Assembly: GCF_042685105.1 (NCBI RefSeq)
Contig: NZ_JBHUMO010000056.1
Location: 65,383-89,382 of the forward strand
Length of the DNA: 24,000 nucleotides
Source: Enterococcus camelliae
GTDB taxonomy: Bacteria; Bacillota; Bacilli; Lactobacillales; Enterococcaceae
Direction of reading: 5' to 3'
In this document: positions 8,530 through 18,068 of the stretch, one piece after another
How positions within the stretch are numbered: position 1 is the first letter of the stretch
How the letters are laid out: each line of letters begins with the position of its first letter
Translations under genes and position numbers: made by a program
Notes under the pieces: generated by a model
Seen by the model: only the letters and a program-made list of their open reading frames with translations
Databases searched by the model: none
What the model was told of the DNA's origin: nothing

Positions 8530-9575
8530 TGGCTAATTCAGCACAAATAAATGAAAAAGAACTAGCGGCGATTCCGTTAACATCGTTTGAACCTTTAGAA
8601 AAGAGTACGGTTGAAAAGCGTGAAGAAATTGCTATGCCTTCCTTAACGTTTATGCAAGATTCTTGGCGTCGTCTAAAGAAAAACAAAGCAGCCGTTTTTT
8701 CAATTGTCTTGTTGGCAATCATTATTGCAATCTCGTTAATTACCATTTTTGTGTCTCCACATAATCCTACAACACAAAATGTGAAATATACCAATCTGCC
8801 ACCCAAAATTCCAGGTATCAATATTACTGGCCTGAATGGACATGCCGAAGTGGGAGGGAAAGTGGTTGACAAATATGCGCAAGCCAATGTCCCTGCTGGC
8901 ACCTATTTTTATCTTGGAACGGATAGTCTGGGCCGTGATTTATTAAGTCGCTTATTTATGGGGACACGAGTATCATTATTAATTGCCTTTATCGCCGCGT
9001 TGCTCGACATTGTTTTCGGAGTGACTTATGGCTTGATTTCTGGCTTACTAGGTGGGCGTGTGGACAATATCATGCAACGGTTTTTAGAAGTGATTTCTGG
9101 TATTCCTAATCTAGTTGTGATGATTTTAATGTTGGTTGTTTTTGAACCAGGTATTCCATCAATTGTTGCAGCTATGGCAATTACGAACTGGATACCAATG
9201 GCTCGGATTGTCAGGGCGCAGACGATGAAGCTCAAAGACCAAGAGTTTGTATTGGCTGCGACGACACTAGGGGAAACACGTTCGAAAATAGCATTTAAGC
9301 ATATCTTACCGAATATTTCGAGTGTCATTATTATCCAAATGATGTTTAGTATTCCGTCGGCGATTTTCTTTGAAGCTTTCTTGAGTTTCATTGGTTTAGG
9401 GCTTCGTCCACCGGTTGCTTCCTTGGGTACATTGTTAAGTGATGGTTACAAGACCTTTCTATTTTTGCCCTACCAATTATGGGTCCCAGCAATAACGCTC
9501 TCGGTCATTATGATTGGCTTTAACTTACTAGCTGATGGGCTACGTGATGCGTTTGATCCGAAGATGAAAGAGTGA
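8529..9575 (+). CDS. oppC: oligopeptide ABC transporter permease OppC
   Basis: TAATG stop/start overlap with oppB. OppC N-terminal block (QDSWRRLKKNKAAVFS) and BPD-transport permease core. Confidence 0.9.
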   Translation: MANSAQINEKELAAIPLTSFEPLEKSTVEKREEIAMPSLTFMQDSWRRLKKNKAAVFSIVLLAIIIAISLITIFVSPHNPTTQNVKYTNLPPKIPGINITGLNGHAEVGGKVVDKYAQANVPAGTYFYLGTDSLGRDLLSRLFMGTRVSLLIAFIAALLDIVFGVTYGLISGLLGGRVDNIMQRFLEVISGIPNLVVMILMLVVFEPGIPSIVAAMAITNWIPMARIVRAQTMKLKDQEFVLAATTLGETRSKIAFKHILPNISSVIIIQMMFSIPSAIFFEAFLSFIGLGLRPPVASLGTLLSDGYKTFLFLPYQLWVPAITLSVIMIGFNLLADGLRDAFDPKMKE

Positions 9576-9579
9576 TTGA

Positions 9580-10620
9580 ATGAATAAGATAATTGAAGTG
9601 AAAAATTTAGAGATTTCTTTCGATACATTTGCCGGAAAAGTTCAAGCCATTCGAAATGTCAGCTTTGATTTGTATCAAGGCGAAACGTTAGCCATTGTTG
9701 GTGAATCGGGAAGTGGGAAATCAGTAACCACACGAAGCATTATGGGGTTGCTAGCTAGCAATGCCAATGTTGAGAATGGGGAGATTTTATTTAACGGTTC
9801 GGATATCGTAAAGAAAAGTGAAAAGGAATTACAAAAAATTCGAGGAAAAGATATTGCGATGATTTTCCAAGATCCAATGACTTCACTGGATCCAACGATG
9901 CCAATTGGCAGACAGGTAGCAGAATCTTTGATCAAGCATACCAAAATTTCCAAAAAAGAAGCACTAAAGCAAGCATTAGAATTGTTAAATTTGGTTGGCA
10001 TTCCTAACGCCGAAAAGCGGCTAAAAAATTATCCGCACCAATTTTCTGGTGGACAACGACAACGGATTGTGATTGCGATTGCGTTGATTTGTTACCCACA
10101 AGTGCTCATTGCTGACGAACCTACGACGGCCTTAGATGTGACCATCCAAGCCCAAATTATCGAATTACTGAAAGATATTCAACAAAAAATGAATTCATCC
10201 ATCATTTTCATTACCCATGATTTAGGAGTTGTTGCCAATGTCGCCGATCGTGTTGCAGTGATGTATGGTGGGAAAATTATTGAGATTGGAACGGCTAGAG
10301 AAATTTTCTATAATCCACAACATCCGTATACTTGGGGGTTGCTTGGTTCAATGCCTACGTTGGAAAGCACAGGAAAACGGTTATATGCGATACCAGGTTC
10401 CCCTCCTGATTTATTAAAGCCACCAACTGGGGATGCGTTTTATCCACGGAATGAATACGCAATGAAAATTGATGCTGAACAAGAACCACCATTTTTTGAT
10501 GTTTCACCTACCCATAAGGCAGCAACTTGGTTATTAGCACCTCAAGCGCCAAAAGTGACACCACCAGAAGAAATCCAAATTCGCTGGAAAAAATTTCAAG
10601 AGAATGCTTTTGGAGAGTAA
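9580..10620 (+). CDS. oppD: oligopeptide ABC transporter ATP-binding protein OppD
   Basis: Walker A GESGSGKS, signature FSGGQRQR, Walker B LIADEPTTALD, and the oligopeptide-type C-terminal extension. Confidence 0.9.
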   Translation: MNKIIEVKNLEISFDTFAGKVQAIRNVSFDLYQGETLAIVGESGSGKSVTTRSIMGLLASNANVENGEILFNGSDIVKKSEKELQKIRGKDIAMIFQDPMTSLDPTMPIGRQVAESLIKHTKISKKEALKQALELLNLVGIPNAEKRLKNYPHQFSGGQRQRIVIAIALICYPQVLIADEPTTALDVTIQAQIIELLKDIQQKMNSSIIFITHDLGVVANVADRVAVMYGGKIIEIGTAREIFYNPQHPYTWGLLGSMPTLESTGKRLYAIPGSPPDLLKPPTGDAFYPRNEYAMKIDAEQEPPFFDVSPTHKAATWLLAPQAPKVTPPEEIQIRWKKFQENAFGE

Positions 10621-10634
10621 GGAGGGAAAGATAA

Positions 10635-11573
10635 GTGAGTAAAGTCCTATTAGATGTAAAGAATTTAAAACAATATTTTAATGTGGGTCGTAAAGATGAA
10701 GTTAAAGCTGTTGATGATATGACCTTTCACATTTTTGAAGGCGAAACATTTGGTTTAGTAGGGGAATCCGGAAGTGGCAAATCGACGACTGGTCGTTCTA
10801 TCATCCGACTGAATACACCAACTGATGGCACGATTACCTTCGATGGTCAAGATGTGATGAAATTGAAAAGTAAACAAGAATTGAAGGATTTCCGTCGGGA
10901 GGTTCAAATGATTTTCCAGGATCCGTATGCATCGCTTAATCCACGAATGAAAGTGCGTGATATCATCGCAGAAGGAATTGACATTAATCATTTGGCCAAA
11001 AACGAGAAGGAGCGAAATGCACGGGTCGATGAGCTACTGAAAACAGTTGGCTTAAATCCATCACATGGGACACGTTATCCGCATGAATTTTCAGGTGGAC
11101 AACGGCAACGGATTGGGATTGCTCGAGCTTTGGCAGTGGATCCCAAATTCATCATTTGTGATGAACCGATTTCCGCTTTGGACGTATCCATTCAAGCACA
11201 GGTTGTGAATTTATTGCAAGATCTACAAGAAAAACATAATTTAACCTATTTTTTCATTGCACATGATTTGTCGATGGTAAAACACATCAGCGATCGAATT
11301 GGGGTAATGCATCTGGGAAAATTACTTGAAGTAGGGACAAGCGATGAAATTTACCATTATGGTGTGCATCCGTATACCGAAAGTTTGTTGTCTGCGATTC
11401 CTTTGCCCGATCCTGAAAGTGAACGAACAAGAAAACGGATTAAATATGTCGAAGTTCCACAAGCGAATACCGCAAGAAAAATGCAAGAAATTGCACCAGG
11501 TCATTTTATTTATGCGACAGAAGAAGAAGTGCCAATGTATCAAGAAAAATTACGAAAAAAGAAGGAAGTTTAA
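10635..11573 (+). CDS. oppF: oligopeptide ABC transporter ATP-binding protein OppF
   Basis: GTG start after AAGGAGGG. Walker A GESGSGKST, signature FSGGQRQR, Walker B IICDEPISALD. Confidence 0.9.
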   Translation: MSKVLLDVKNLKQYFNVGRKDEVKAVDDMTFHIFEGETFGLVGESGSGKSTTGRSIIRLNTPTDGTITFDGQDVMKLKSKQELKDFRREVQMIFQDPYASLNPRMKVRDIIAEGIDINHLAKNEKERNARVDELLKTVGLNPSHGTRYPHEFSGGQRQRIGIARALAVDPKFIICDEPISALDVSIQAQVVNLLQDLQEKHNLTYFFIAHDLSMVKHISDRIGVMHLGKLLEVGTSDEIYHYGVHPYTESLLSAIPLPDPESERTRKRIKYVEVPQANTARKMQEIAPGHFIYATEEEVPMYQEKLRKKKEV

Positions 11574-11597
11574 GTAATAGGGTAAGGGGGTTGATTC

Positions 11598-12605
11598 ATG
11601 AAAGTGTTAAAAGGTTATCGTTTTCGGATTTACCCGGACGAAGAACAATTGACATTTTTTAAGCAAACCTTTGGCTGCGTAAGATTTACGTACAATCAAT
11701 TGTTGATGGCAAGAAAAGGAACAGCAAACTCAGAAGAAAGCATGAAATTAACCCCCGCTGCATTAAAAAAAGACTATCCCTTTTTGAAAAAAACGGATAG
11801 TCTGGCTTTGGCCAATGCACAACGTAATTTGGAGAGAGCCTACGCGAATTTTTTTCAAGGAAGAGCAGGCTACCCAAAACTAAAAAGCAAGAAAAATAGT
11901 TGGCAATCTTACACAACGAATAATCAAAAACATACCATTTATTTTATCGATGGGAAATTGAAACTGCCAAAATTGAAAAGTCTCGTCCAAGTTCACCAAC
12001 ACCGAGAGATAAAAGGGATGATTCGTTCCGCTACGATTTCGGCAAAAAATAATGAAGAATTTTATGTTTCATTGTTGTGTTTAGAAGAGGTTTCATTCTT
12101 GCCAAAAACAAAGAAAGTAATCGGCATTTCTTATTGTCCGCAACGATTGATTCAATTATCGCAATCTTTCGATAATTTACCAAATATTGAAGAACAATTG
12201 CTAGGAGACAAACTGGAAAAAGCCCAAAAGAAATTGCAACTGCGAGCCAAAATCGCTAAAAAACATAAAGTAAGATTAAGAGATGCCAAGAATTATCAAA
12301 AGCAAAAGCAACGAGTGCAAAAGTTAATTCAGGAAAAAGCCTGTAAAAAAAATGATTTTATTGATCAGTTGACGTTTCTCTTAGTCAAAGAGTTTGACTA
12401 TATATTTGTTGAAAAACAACCACGGATAACCGATAGTGAAGAAGACAATCCATTTACTTCAACGGATTGGTATAGTTTTACTCAAAAATTGACGTATAAA
12501 ACGCAATGGTATGGCAAAGAGTATCTCGCGGTTGAGAGTCCGGATGACAGCATTCGTTCTAGTCGAATCATTGAGGAATTAGGAAAACAACAACTTGATT
12601 TGTAA
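11598..12605 (+). CDS. tldR: TnpB-like (IS605 OrfB-derived) protein lacking nuclease motifs: candidate TnpB-like nuclease-dead repressor (TldR), oppF-associated
   Basis: Canonical TnpB N-terminus MKVLKGYRFRIYPDEEQLTFFKQTFGCVRFTYNQLL. The RuvC-I position reads VIGISYCPQ instead of GIDLG. The ORF ends after ..WYGKEYLAVESPDD.., so the CxxC zinc finger and RuvC-III are missing. SD AAGGGGG lies 7 nt upstream of the start, and the start is 24 nt after the oppF stop on the same strand. No tnpA is nearby. Confidence 0.8.
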   Translation: MKVLKGYRFRIYPDEEQLTFFKQTFGCVRFTYNQLLMARKGTANSEESMKLTPAALKKDYPFLKKTDSLALANAQRNLERAYANFFQGRAGYPKLKSKKNSWQSYTTNNQKHTIYFIDGKLKLPKLKSLVQVHQHREIKGMIRSATISAKNNEEFYVSLLCLEEVSFLPKTKKVIGISYCPQRLIQLSQSFDNLPNIEEQLLGDKLEKAQKKLQLRAKIAKKHKVRLRDAKNYQKQKQRVQKLIQEKACKKNDFIDQLTFLLVKEFDYIFVEKQPRITDSEEDNPFTSTDWYSFTQKLTYKTQWYGKEYLAVESPDDSIRSSRIIEELGKQQLDL

Positions 12606-12710
12606 AAAAATCGATCAGAACTGGAAGGGGCTCCAGGGATCGCCTAGGGTATAGAAAAAAGGAAACTTTTTGTTTCTAGGAAAAATGCTCACTAATTATG
12701 AAAAACCAAA
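12500..12710 (+). ncRNA. candidate TldR guide RNA (omega-RNA-like scaffold overlapping the 3' end of the ORF plus a downstream guide); boundaries approximate
   Basis: By analogy with TnpB omega-RNAs, which span the 3' end of tnpB and the downstream flank. The non-coding tail folds into hairpin A (CGATC-agaa-CTGGA-aggggc-TCCAG-g-GATCG, 12612-12642) and stem B (CCTAG 12643-12647 with CTAGG 12676-12680, enclosing GAAAC-ttttt-GTTTC). An unstructured A/T-rich stretch at 12681-12710 follows, just before the convergent terminator. Confidence 0.35.
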
Positions 12711-12740
12711 GAAGAGAGAGGACAGCTGTCCTCTCTCTTC
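12701..12740 (-). terminator. rho-independent terminator of the convergent Nudix/NrtR-like operon; may also stop plus-strand opp/tldR transcripts
   Basis: Perfect 30-nt palindrome GAAGAGAGAGGACAG/CTGTCCTCTCTCTTC (12711-12740). On the minus strand it is followed by TTTGGTTTTT. There is no T-run on the plus strand. Confidence 0.75.
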
Positions 12741-12749
12741 GCTTATCTT

Positions 12750-13580
12750 CTATAATTCCTCATGAAAAACATTTTGTTTTAGTCGGTAAACTTTTGAAGG
12801 TCGACCAATACCGGTCGGACGTTCGCCAATTTCATCGAAAAAGTGCAACAATGACTTCTTAAAATTGGAATGATCAATTAAGCGGTAGTCAATGCCCAAA
12901 AATTTCGAAAAGACCTTTCTGGCTTCCGTGATTGTAAATGACTGCCCTAAGACTTGCAACACTTGAGGTTCGTGCTCCATTTTATTGGCAATTCGATTAA
13001 AGGCTTTTAAAATAATCGCGCTGTGGTCAAAGGCTAATCGATCTTTTCCAAACGATTGACCAGTCACCAAGTCGAGCACAATGGCTGTGTGCTCACTTTC
13101 TAAATGAATCTGATTGGCCTTTCTTTCCAGCGAGAACCAACGGACATCTTCGGCATCATCACCAGCTAAGAGCGGTTCTTCTCCAATGAAAGCAAGGTAA
13201 CTGACTGTTACGACCCAACCACGAGGATCACGATTTGGGGTGCTGAAGGTGTGGAGCTGTTCAATATTTTGTTTGGATATTTTGACGCCAGTTTCTTCTT
13301 CGGTTTCACGAATCACGCTTTCACCTGTCGATTCATCGGGTTGCACGAACCCACCAGGAAGGGCCCAAGAATTTTTGAATGGGTGACCTTTGCGTTTGAT
13401 GAGTAAAATTTTTAATTTATCTTCGGATTTGCTGTAGCACATCAAGACCATATCGACCGTTAGCGAAGGTTTTTCGTAGTTGGGTTTTTCTTGTTTGCGA
13501 TACCAAGCGAGAAATTCCTGTTCACTTGCTTGGTGCTCGTAGTAGTCCTTTTCATCCTCTCGACTGGAAAAAGTTGCCAT
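12750..13580 (-). CDS. Nudix hydrolase with C-terminal winged-helix domain (NrtR-like ADP-ribose pyrophosphatase / NAD-metabolism regulator family)
   Basis: Intact Nudix box GFVQPDESTGESVIRETEEETGV. The C-terminal LAFDHSAIILKAFNRI..FTITEARKVFSKFLG..IDHSNFKKS.. resembles the NrtR wHTH domain. Confidence 0.75.
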   Translation of the reverse strand: MATFSSREDEKDYYEHQASEQEFLAWYRKQEKPNYEKPSLTVDMVLMCYSKSEDKLKILLIKRKGHPFKNSWALPGGFVQPDESTGESVIRETEEETGVKISKQNIEQLHTFSTPNRDPRGWVVTVSYLAFIGEEPLLAGDDAEDVRWFSLERKANQIHLESEHTAIVLDLVTGQSFGKDRLAFDHSAIILKAFNRIANKMEHEPQVLQVLGQSFTITEARKVFSKFLGIDYRLIDHSNFKKSLLHFFDEIGERPTGIGRPSKVYRLKQNVFHEEL

Positions 13581-13622
13581 AATGATCCCTACCTTTTCAA
13601 TTTGATGAGCCGCTTTCTTTTG

Positions 13623-13892
13623 TTAAAGAAAAAAGAAAAGCAAAAAATTAATAAGAAACAATCCCAAATAAATGGGAAGGTATTTTTTAAAATAGCGAAT
13701 ACAAGTAAAGCCTGCTAGTACAATAATAATGAGCAGGGTTCCTCGGATGAGAATCGATGAGACCAAGAAAGTATTTAACTGATTGATGGTATTCATATAG
13801 GCGTAAATGCGTTGATAAACGTTGGCAAAGAGGAGATGGATTGCAGTCAATACAATCAATGTCCAAATATAAATGATTTGTCTTCGTTGCAT
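13623..13892 (-). CDS. small membrane protein (89 aa, 3 TM), first gene of the Nudix operon
   Basis: Strong SD GAGGAGG 7 nt upstream of the ATG (reverse complement of 13900-13906) and a hydrophobic translation. Confidence 0.6.
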   Translation of the reverse strand: MQRRQIIYIWTLIVLTAIHLLFANVYQRIYAYMNTINQLNTFLVSSILIRGTLLIIIVLAGFTCIRYFKKYLPIYLGLFLINFLLFFFL

Positions 13893-13925
13893 GGTCTATC
13901 CTCCTCGTATGTTTTTATTAAAATA

Positions 13926-13939
13926 AGTTGGTACCAACT
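13926..13939. promoter_or_regulatory. perfect 14-bp palindrome AGTTGGTACCAACT in the 5' leader of the membrane-protein/Nudix operon (operator candidate)
   Basis: Read directly from the sequence. It lies between the extended -10 promoter and the SD. Confidence 0.3.
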
Positions 13940-14005
13940 GTCCACAATCTAACACAATGGTTAGTAAGGAATGCTTTGTATCAGAGATGTTCAACTTTGC
14001 TAACC

Positions 14006-14014
14006 ATTATAGCA
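14006..14014 (-). promoter_or_regulatory. extended -10 promoter TGCTATAAT (minus strand) for the membrane-protein/Nudix operon
   Basis: Reverse complement of 14006-14014 is TGCTATAAT (TGnTATAAT). The -35 match is weak. Confidence 0.45.
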
Positions 14015-14128
14015 ACAAACCACAAAATACAAAATACTCTCAATTCTAGTATAGAGGTTTGGCTATTTGATGTACAGCTACTATTCTATTAGGTGCTTGC
14101 TTACAATCTATTTACACTAATAAATAAC

Positions 14129-14154
14129 AAAAAAGAGAGTCCCAATTACTCTCT
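14129..14154 (-). terminator. rho-independent terminator about 140 nt downstream of the SMR gene
   Basis: On the minus strand: AGAGAGT-aattggg-ACTCTCT followed by TTTTTT. Confidence 0.6.
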
Positions 14155-14296
14155 CTTCCAAGATTTATTCAAAAACAACGCTATTGAAACAAAACTAGAT
14201 TCCATTGTTGTTGGGTTAAAAACAAAGGCGGTCATGATGAATGGTAAGTTCGAGATATTAAAGGCGGTCAAACAATTTGGAAATAATGGGTACAGA

Positions 14297-14617
14297 CTAG
14301 TGACCACTAGTCAATTTAATACCAATAATACCAATAATGAGTAAGATAATGAAAAACCAAGTAAGCAAGTTTAGTTTGTCGCCAAAAAATACGACACCAA
14401 TAATGATTGAACCGACTGCTCCAACGCCAGTCCAAATTGGGTAAGCAAGACTAAGAGGCAAATTTTTAAGCGATAATGAAAGTAAGGCAAAGCTAATAGC
14501 CATTCCAATAAAAGTTAGTATAGTCCACCCCAAATGTGAAAATCCATTACTAAGTTTCATGGTACTAGACCAAACCACTTCAAAAATTCCAGCTAGAAAT
14601 AAATAAATCCAAGTCAT
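14297..14617 (-). CDS. sugE: SMR-family exporter, SugE/Gdx (guanidinium exporter) subtype
   Basis: 106 aa with 4 TM helices and the conserved membrane Glu in AGIFEVVW. Colinear similarity to E. coli SugE (..KLSNGF.., ..LPLSLAYPIWTGVGAVG.., ..GIIGIKL). Confidence 0.88.
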   Translation of the reverse strand: MTWIYLFLAGIFEVVWSSTMKLSNGFSHLGWTILTFIGMAISFALLSLSLKNLPLSLAYPIWTGVGAVGSIIIGVVFFGDKLNLLTWFFIILLIIGIIGIKLTSGH

Positions 14618-14631
14618 TTTTTATTCTCCTT

Positions 14632-14715
14632 AAAAAATTAAAAAAACAGTTTATCCCACATCTTCATTGACCTAACGATGTAGAGATACTGTTTTAAAAT
14701 TGTTCCCGGTGGAAC
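14632..14715 (-). promoter_or_regulatory. leader with small hairpin (GTTCC-ACCG-GGAAC) plus a long terminator hairpin and U-run ending about 10 nt before the sugE SD; either the GNAT terminator or an attenuator/riboswitch-like element
   Basis: On the minus strand: CAGTATCTCTACATC-(14 nt)-GATGTGGGATAAACTG followed by TTTTTTTAATTTTTT, then AAGGAG. No promoter hexamers lie between the terminator and the SD. Confidence 0.5.
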
Positions 14716-14748
14716 ATAGTATTTTATTCAATTTAAATAGTTACAGGT

Positions 14749-15261
14749 TTAAATATCTTTAACCATTATTAAATCAGTTTGTGGATCATCACCCATGTTA
14801 AATGTATGACTACCAACAAATTTAAAACCTAGATGCTGATAAAAGGCTTTAGCATTTTGATTAAATTCCCAAACACCTAACCAAATACGCTGTTTTCCTA
14901 ATTGTGTAGCTTTTGCTATTGCAATATCATATAGAATCTTACCCAGTCCTTGTTTTTGAAATGCTTTACAAATGTAGATTCGTTCAATTTCCAGAGCATT
15001 TTCAAAGCCATCTTCTGATTGTACATCATTCACATTTAACTTTAGATAGCCCATAATTTCATCATTATCATTGAGTACAAAATAAAAAAAAGAATTTTCA
15101 TTTTCCAGTTCTTCAGTTAGTTTTTCTAATTTGTAACTAGATTCTAAATAGTCTTCCATATTTTGTTTTGTATTTTGAGCTGCAAAAGTATCATAAAAAG
15201 TTTCAACACTGACTTTTTGTAATGCATCGAGGTCAGTCAAATCTAGTTCTTTAATATGCAT
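14749..15261 (-). CDS. GNAT-family N-acetyltransferase
   Basis: 170 aa with the acetyl-CoA binding motif QKQGLGKILYD and a typical GNAT fold pattern (..WLGVWEFNQNAKAFYQHLGF). Confidence 0.85.
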   Translation of the reverse strand: MHIKELDLTDLDALQKVSVETFYDTFAAQNTKQNMEDYLESSYKLEKLTEELENENSFFYFVLNDNDEIMGYLKLNVNDVQSEDGFENALEIERIYICKAFQKQGLGKILYDIAIAKATQLGKQRIWLGVWEFNQNAKAFYQHLGFKFVGSHTFNMGDDPQTDLIMVKDI

Positions 15262-15677
15262 AGTAGCGTTCTCCGTTTTTAAGTTTAAAAAAGCAAAAGT
15301 AGGTAACTCATTATTTTTTTAAAAACTAATGAGATGAAACCAACTATTATTGTAAACAATGTTTCTGGTAAAATAATTATTTTTATATTAGCATAATTCA
15401 AAAAAAAGTCAAATCAAATATAAAAGACTTGAATTTACTTATTTCTCGTTCGATAGTGAGCCTATCTTACGTGTATCGAAGCAGAAACTATCTCAAAAAT
15501 GATAGTCTAAACTCAAGACAAGGATTGAAATCATTATCCAAAATATAGATTCCTGAAAAAAACCATCCACATTCATAGTCTCATCCTTGGGAGCGGATAT
15601 CTTTCAAGCAATATCGTGGCGTATCGGAAAAAAAGGTAGAAGAATAGGAAACTAAGAAAACTAAGAAAACCGTGTAA

Positions 15678-17858
<2,181 letters not shown>

Positions 17859-17900
17859 GTTAGTATGACACACGTTTGATTGTTGAGATGGACAAATAGA

Positions 17901-17960
17901 AAAGAACCAATGACGCCACCAGATGCCTCTTACCCGAGCATGCGTGATTGGTTCTTTTTT
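17901..17960 (+). terminator. metG terminator (long stem, large loop)
   Basis: AGAACCAATGACGC pairs with GCGTGATTGGTTCT (one mismatch), about 25-nt loop, followed by TTTTTT. Confidence 0.6.
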
Positions 17961-18018
17961 AGAATCCAAGGAATTGTGGATAGAATGTGTTCTTTACTTG
18001 AAATTTGATAGAAAGGAA

Positions 18019-18047
18019 TTGTTTTCTGATTGTTTTTCTTGTATACT
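18019..18047 (+). promoter_or_regulatory. candidate promoter of the riboswitch/ATPase unit: TTGTTT, 17-nt spacer, TATACT
   Basis: Hexamers at 18019-18024 and 18042-18047. Confidence 0.35.
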
Positions 18048-18068
18048 TTTCTTTGTAATAGTTTTGTT

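Noticed and set aside
7946-9391. ORFs 7946-8146(-), 7971-8198(+), 8456-8902(-) and 9026-9391(-) within oppB/oppC
   Set aside because: They are alternative-frame or antisense ORFs inside strongly supported permease genes, with no independent signals.
9675-11577. ORFs 9675-10001(-), 10755-10991(-), 11322-11543(-) and 11344-11577(+) within oppD/oppF
   Set aside because: They are shadows of the ATPase genes. The 11344-11577 plus-frame ORF is an out-of-frame read of oppF without an SD.
11686-11916. Minus-strand ORF 11686-11916 inside the TnpB-like gene
   Set aside because: It is an antisense shadow ORF with no SD and a low-complexity translation.
11574-12749. Possibility that the TnpB-like gene is part of an active or recently inserted IS200/IS605 element
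   Set aside because: There is no tnpA (Y1 transposase) ORF on either side. Only 24 nt separate it from oppF. I could identify no LE/RE-like subterminal hairpin pair flanking the gene, and the nuclease motifs are missing. It is therefore annotated as a domesticated gene rather than a mobile_element. A genome-wide copy search would be needed to be certain.
13491-13718. Plus-strand ORF 13491-13718 spanning the Nudix start and the small membrane gene end
   Set aside because: It overlaps two better-supported minus-strand genes and has no SD.
14093-14344. Plus-strand ORF 14093-14344 (83 aa)
   Set aside because: It has a non-ATG start, runs through the minus-strand terminator hairpin and into the sugE 3' end, and has a low-complexity N-rich tail. 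The 140-nt sugE 3' region it covers, with direct repeat AAAGGCGGTCA at 14224-14234 and 14260-14270, remains unexplained. It did not look like a gene.
14618-14748. Guanidine-I, -II or -III riboswitch upstream of sugE
   Set aside because: There are no GGUCCGAGAG or CUAGGGUUCCG-type ykkC blocks, no pair of ACGR tetraloops (the only small hairpin has loop ACCG), and no ykkC-III-like sequence. The observation is kept as a generic attenuator finding.
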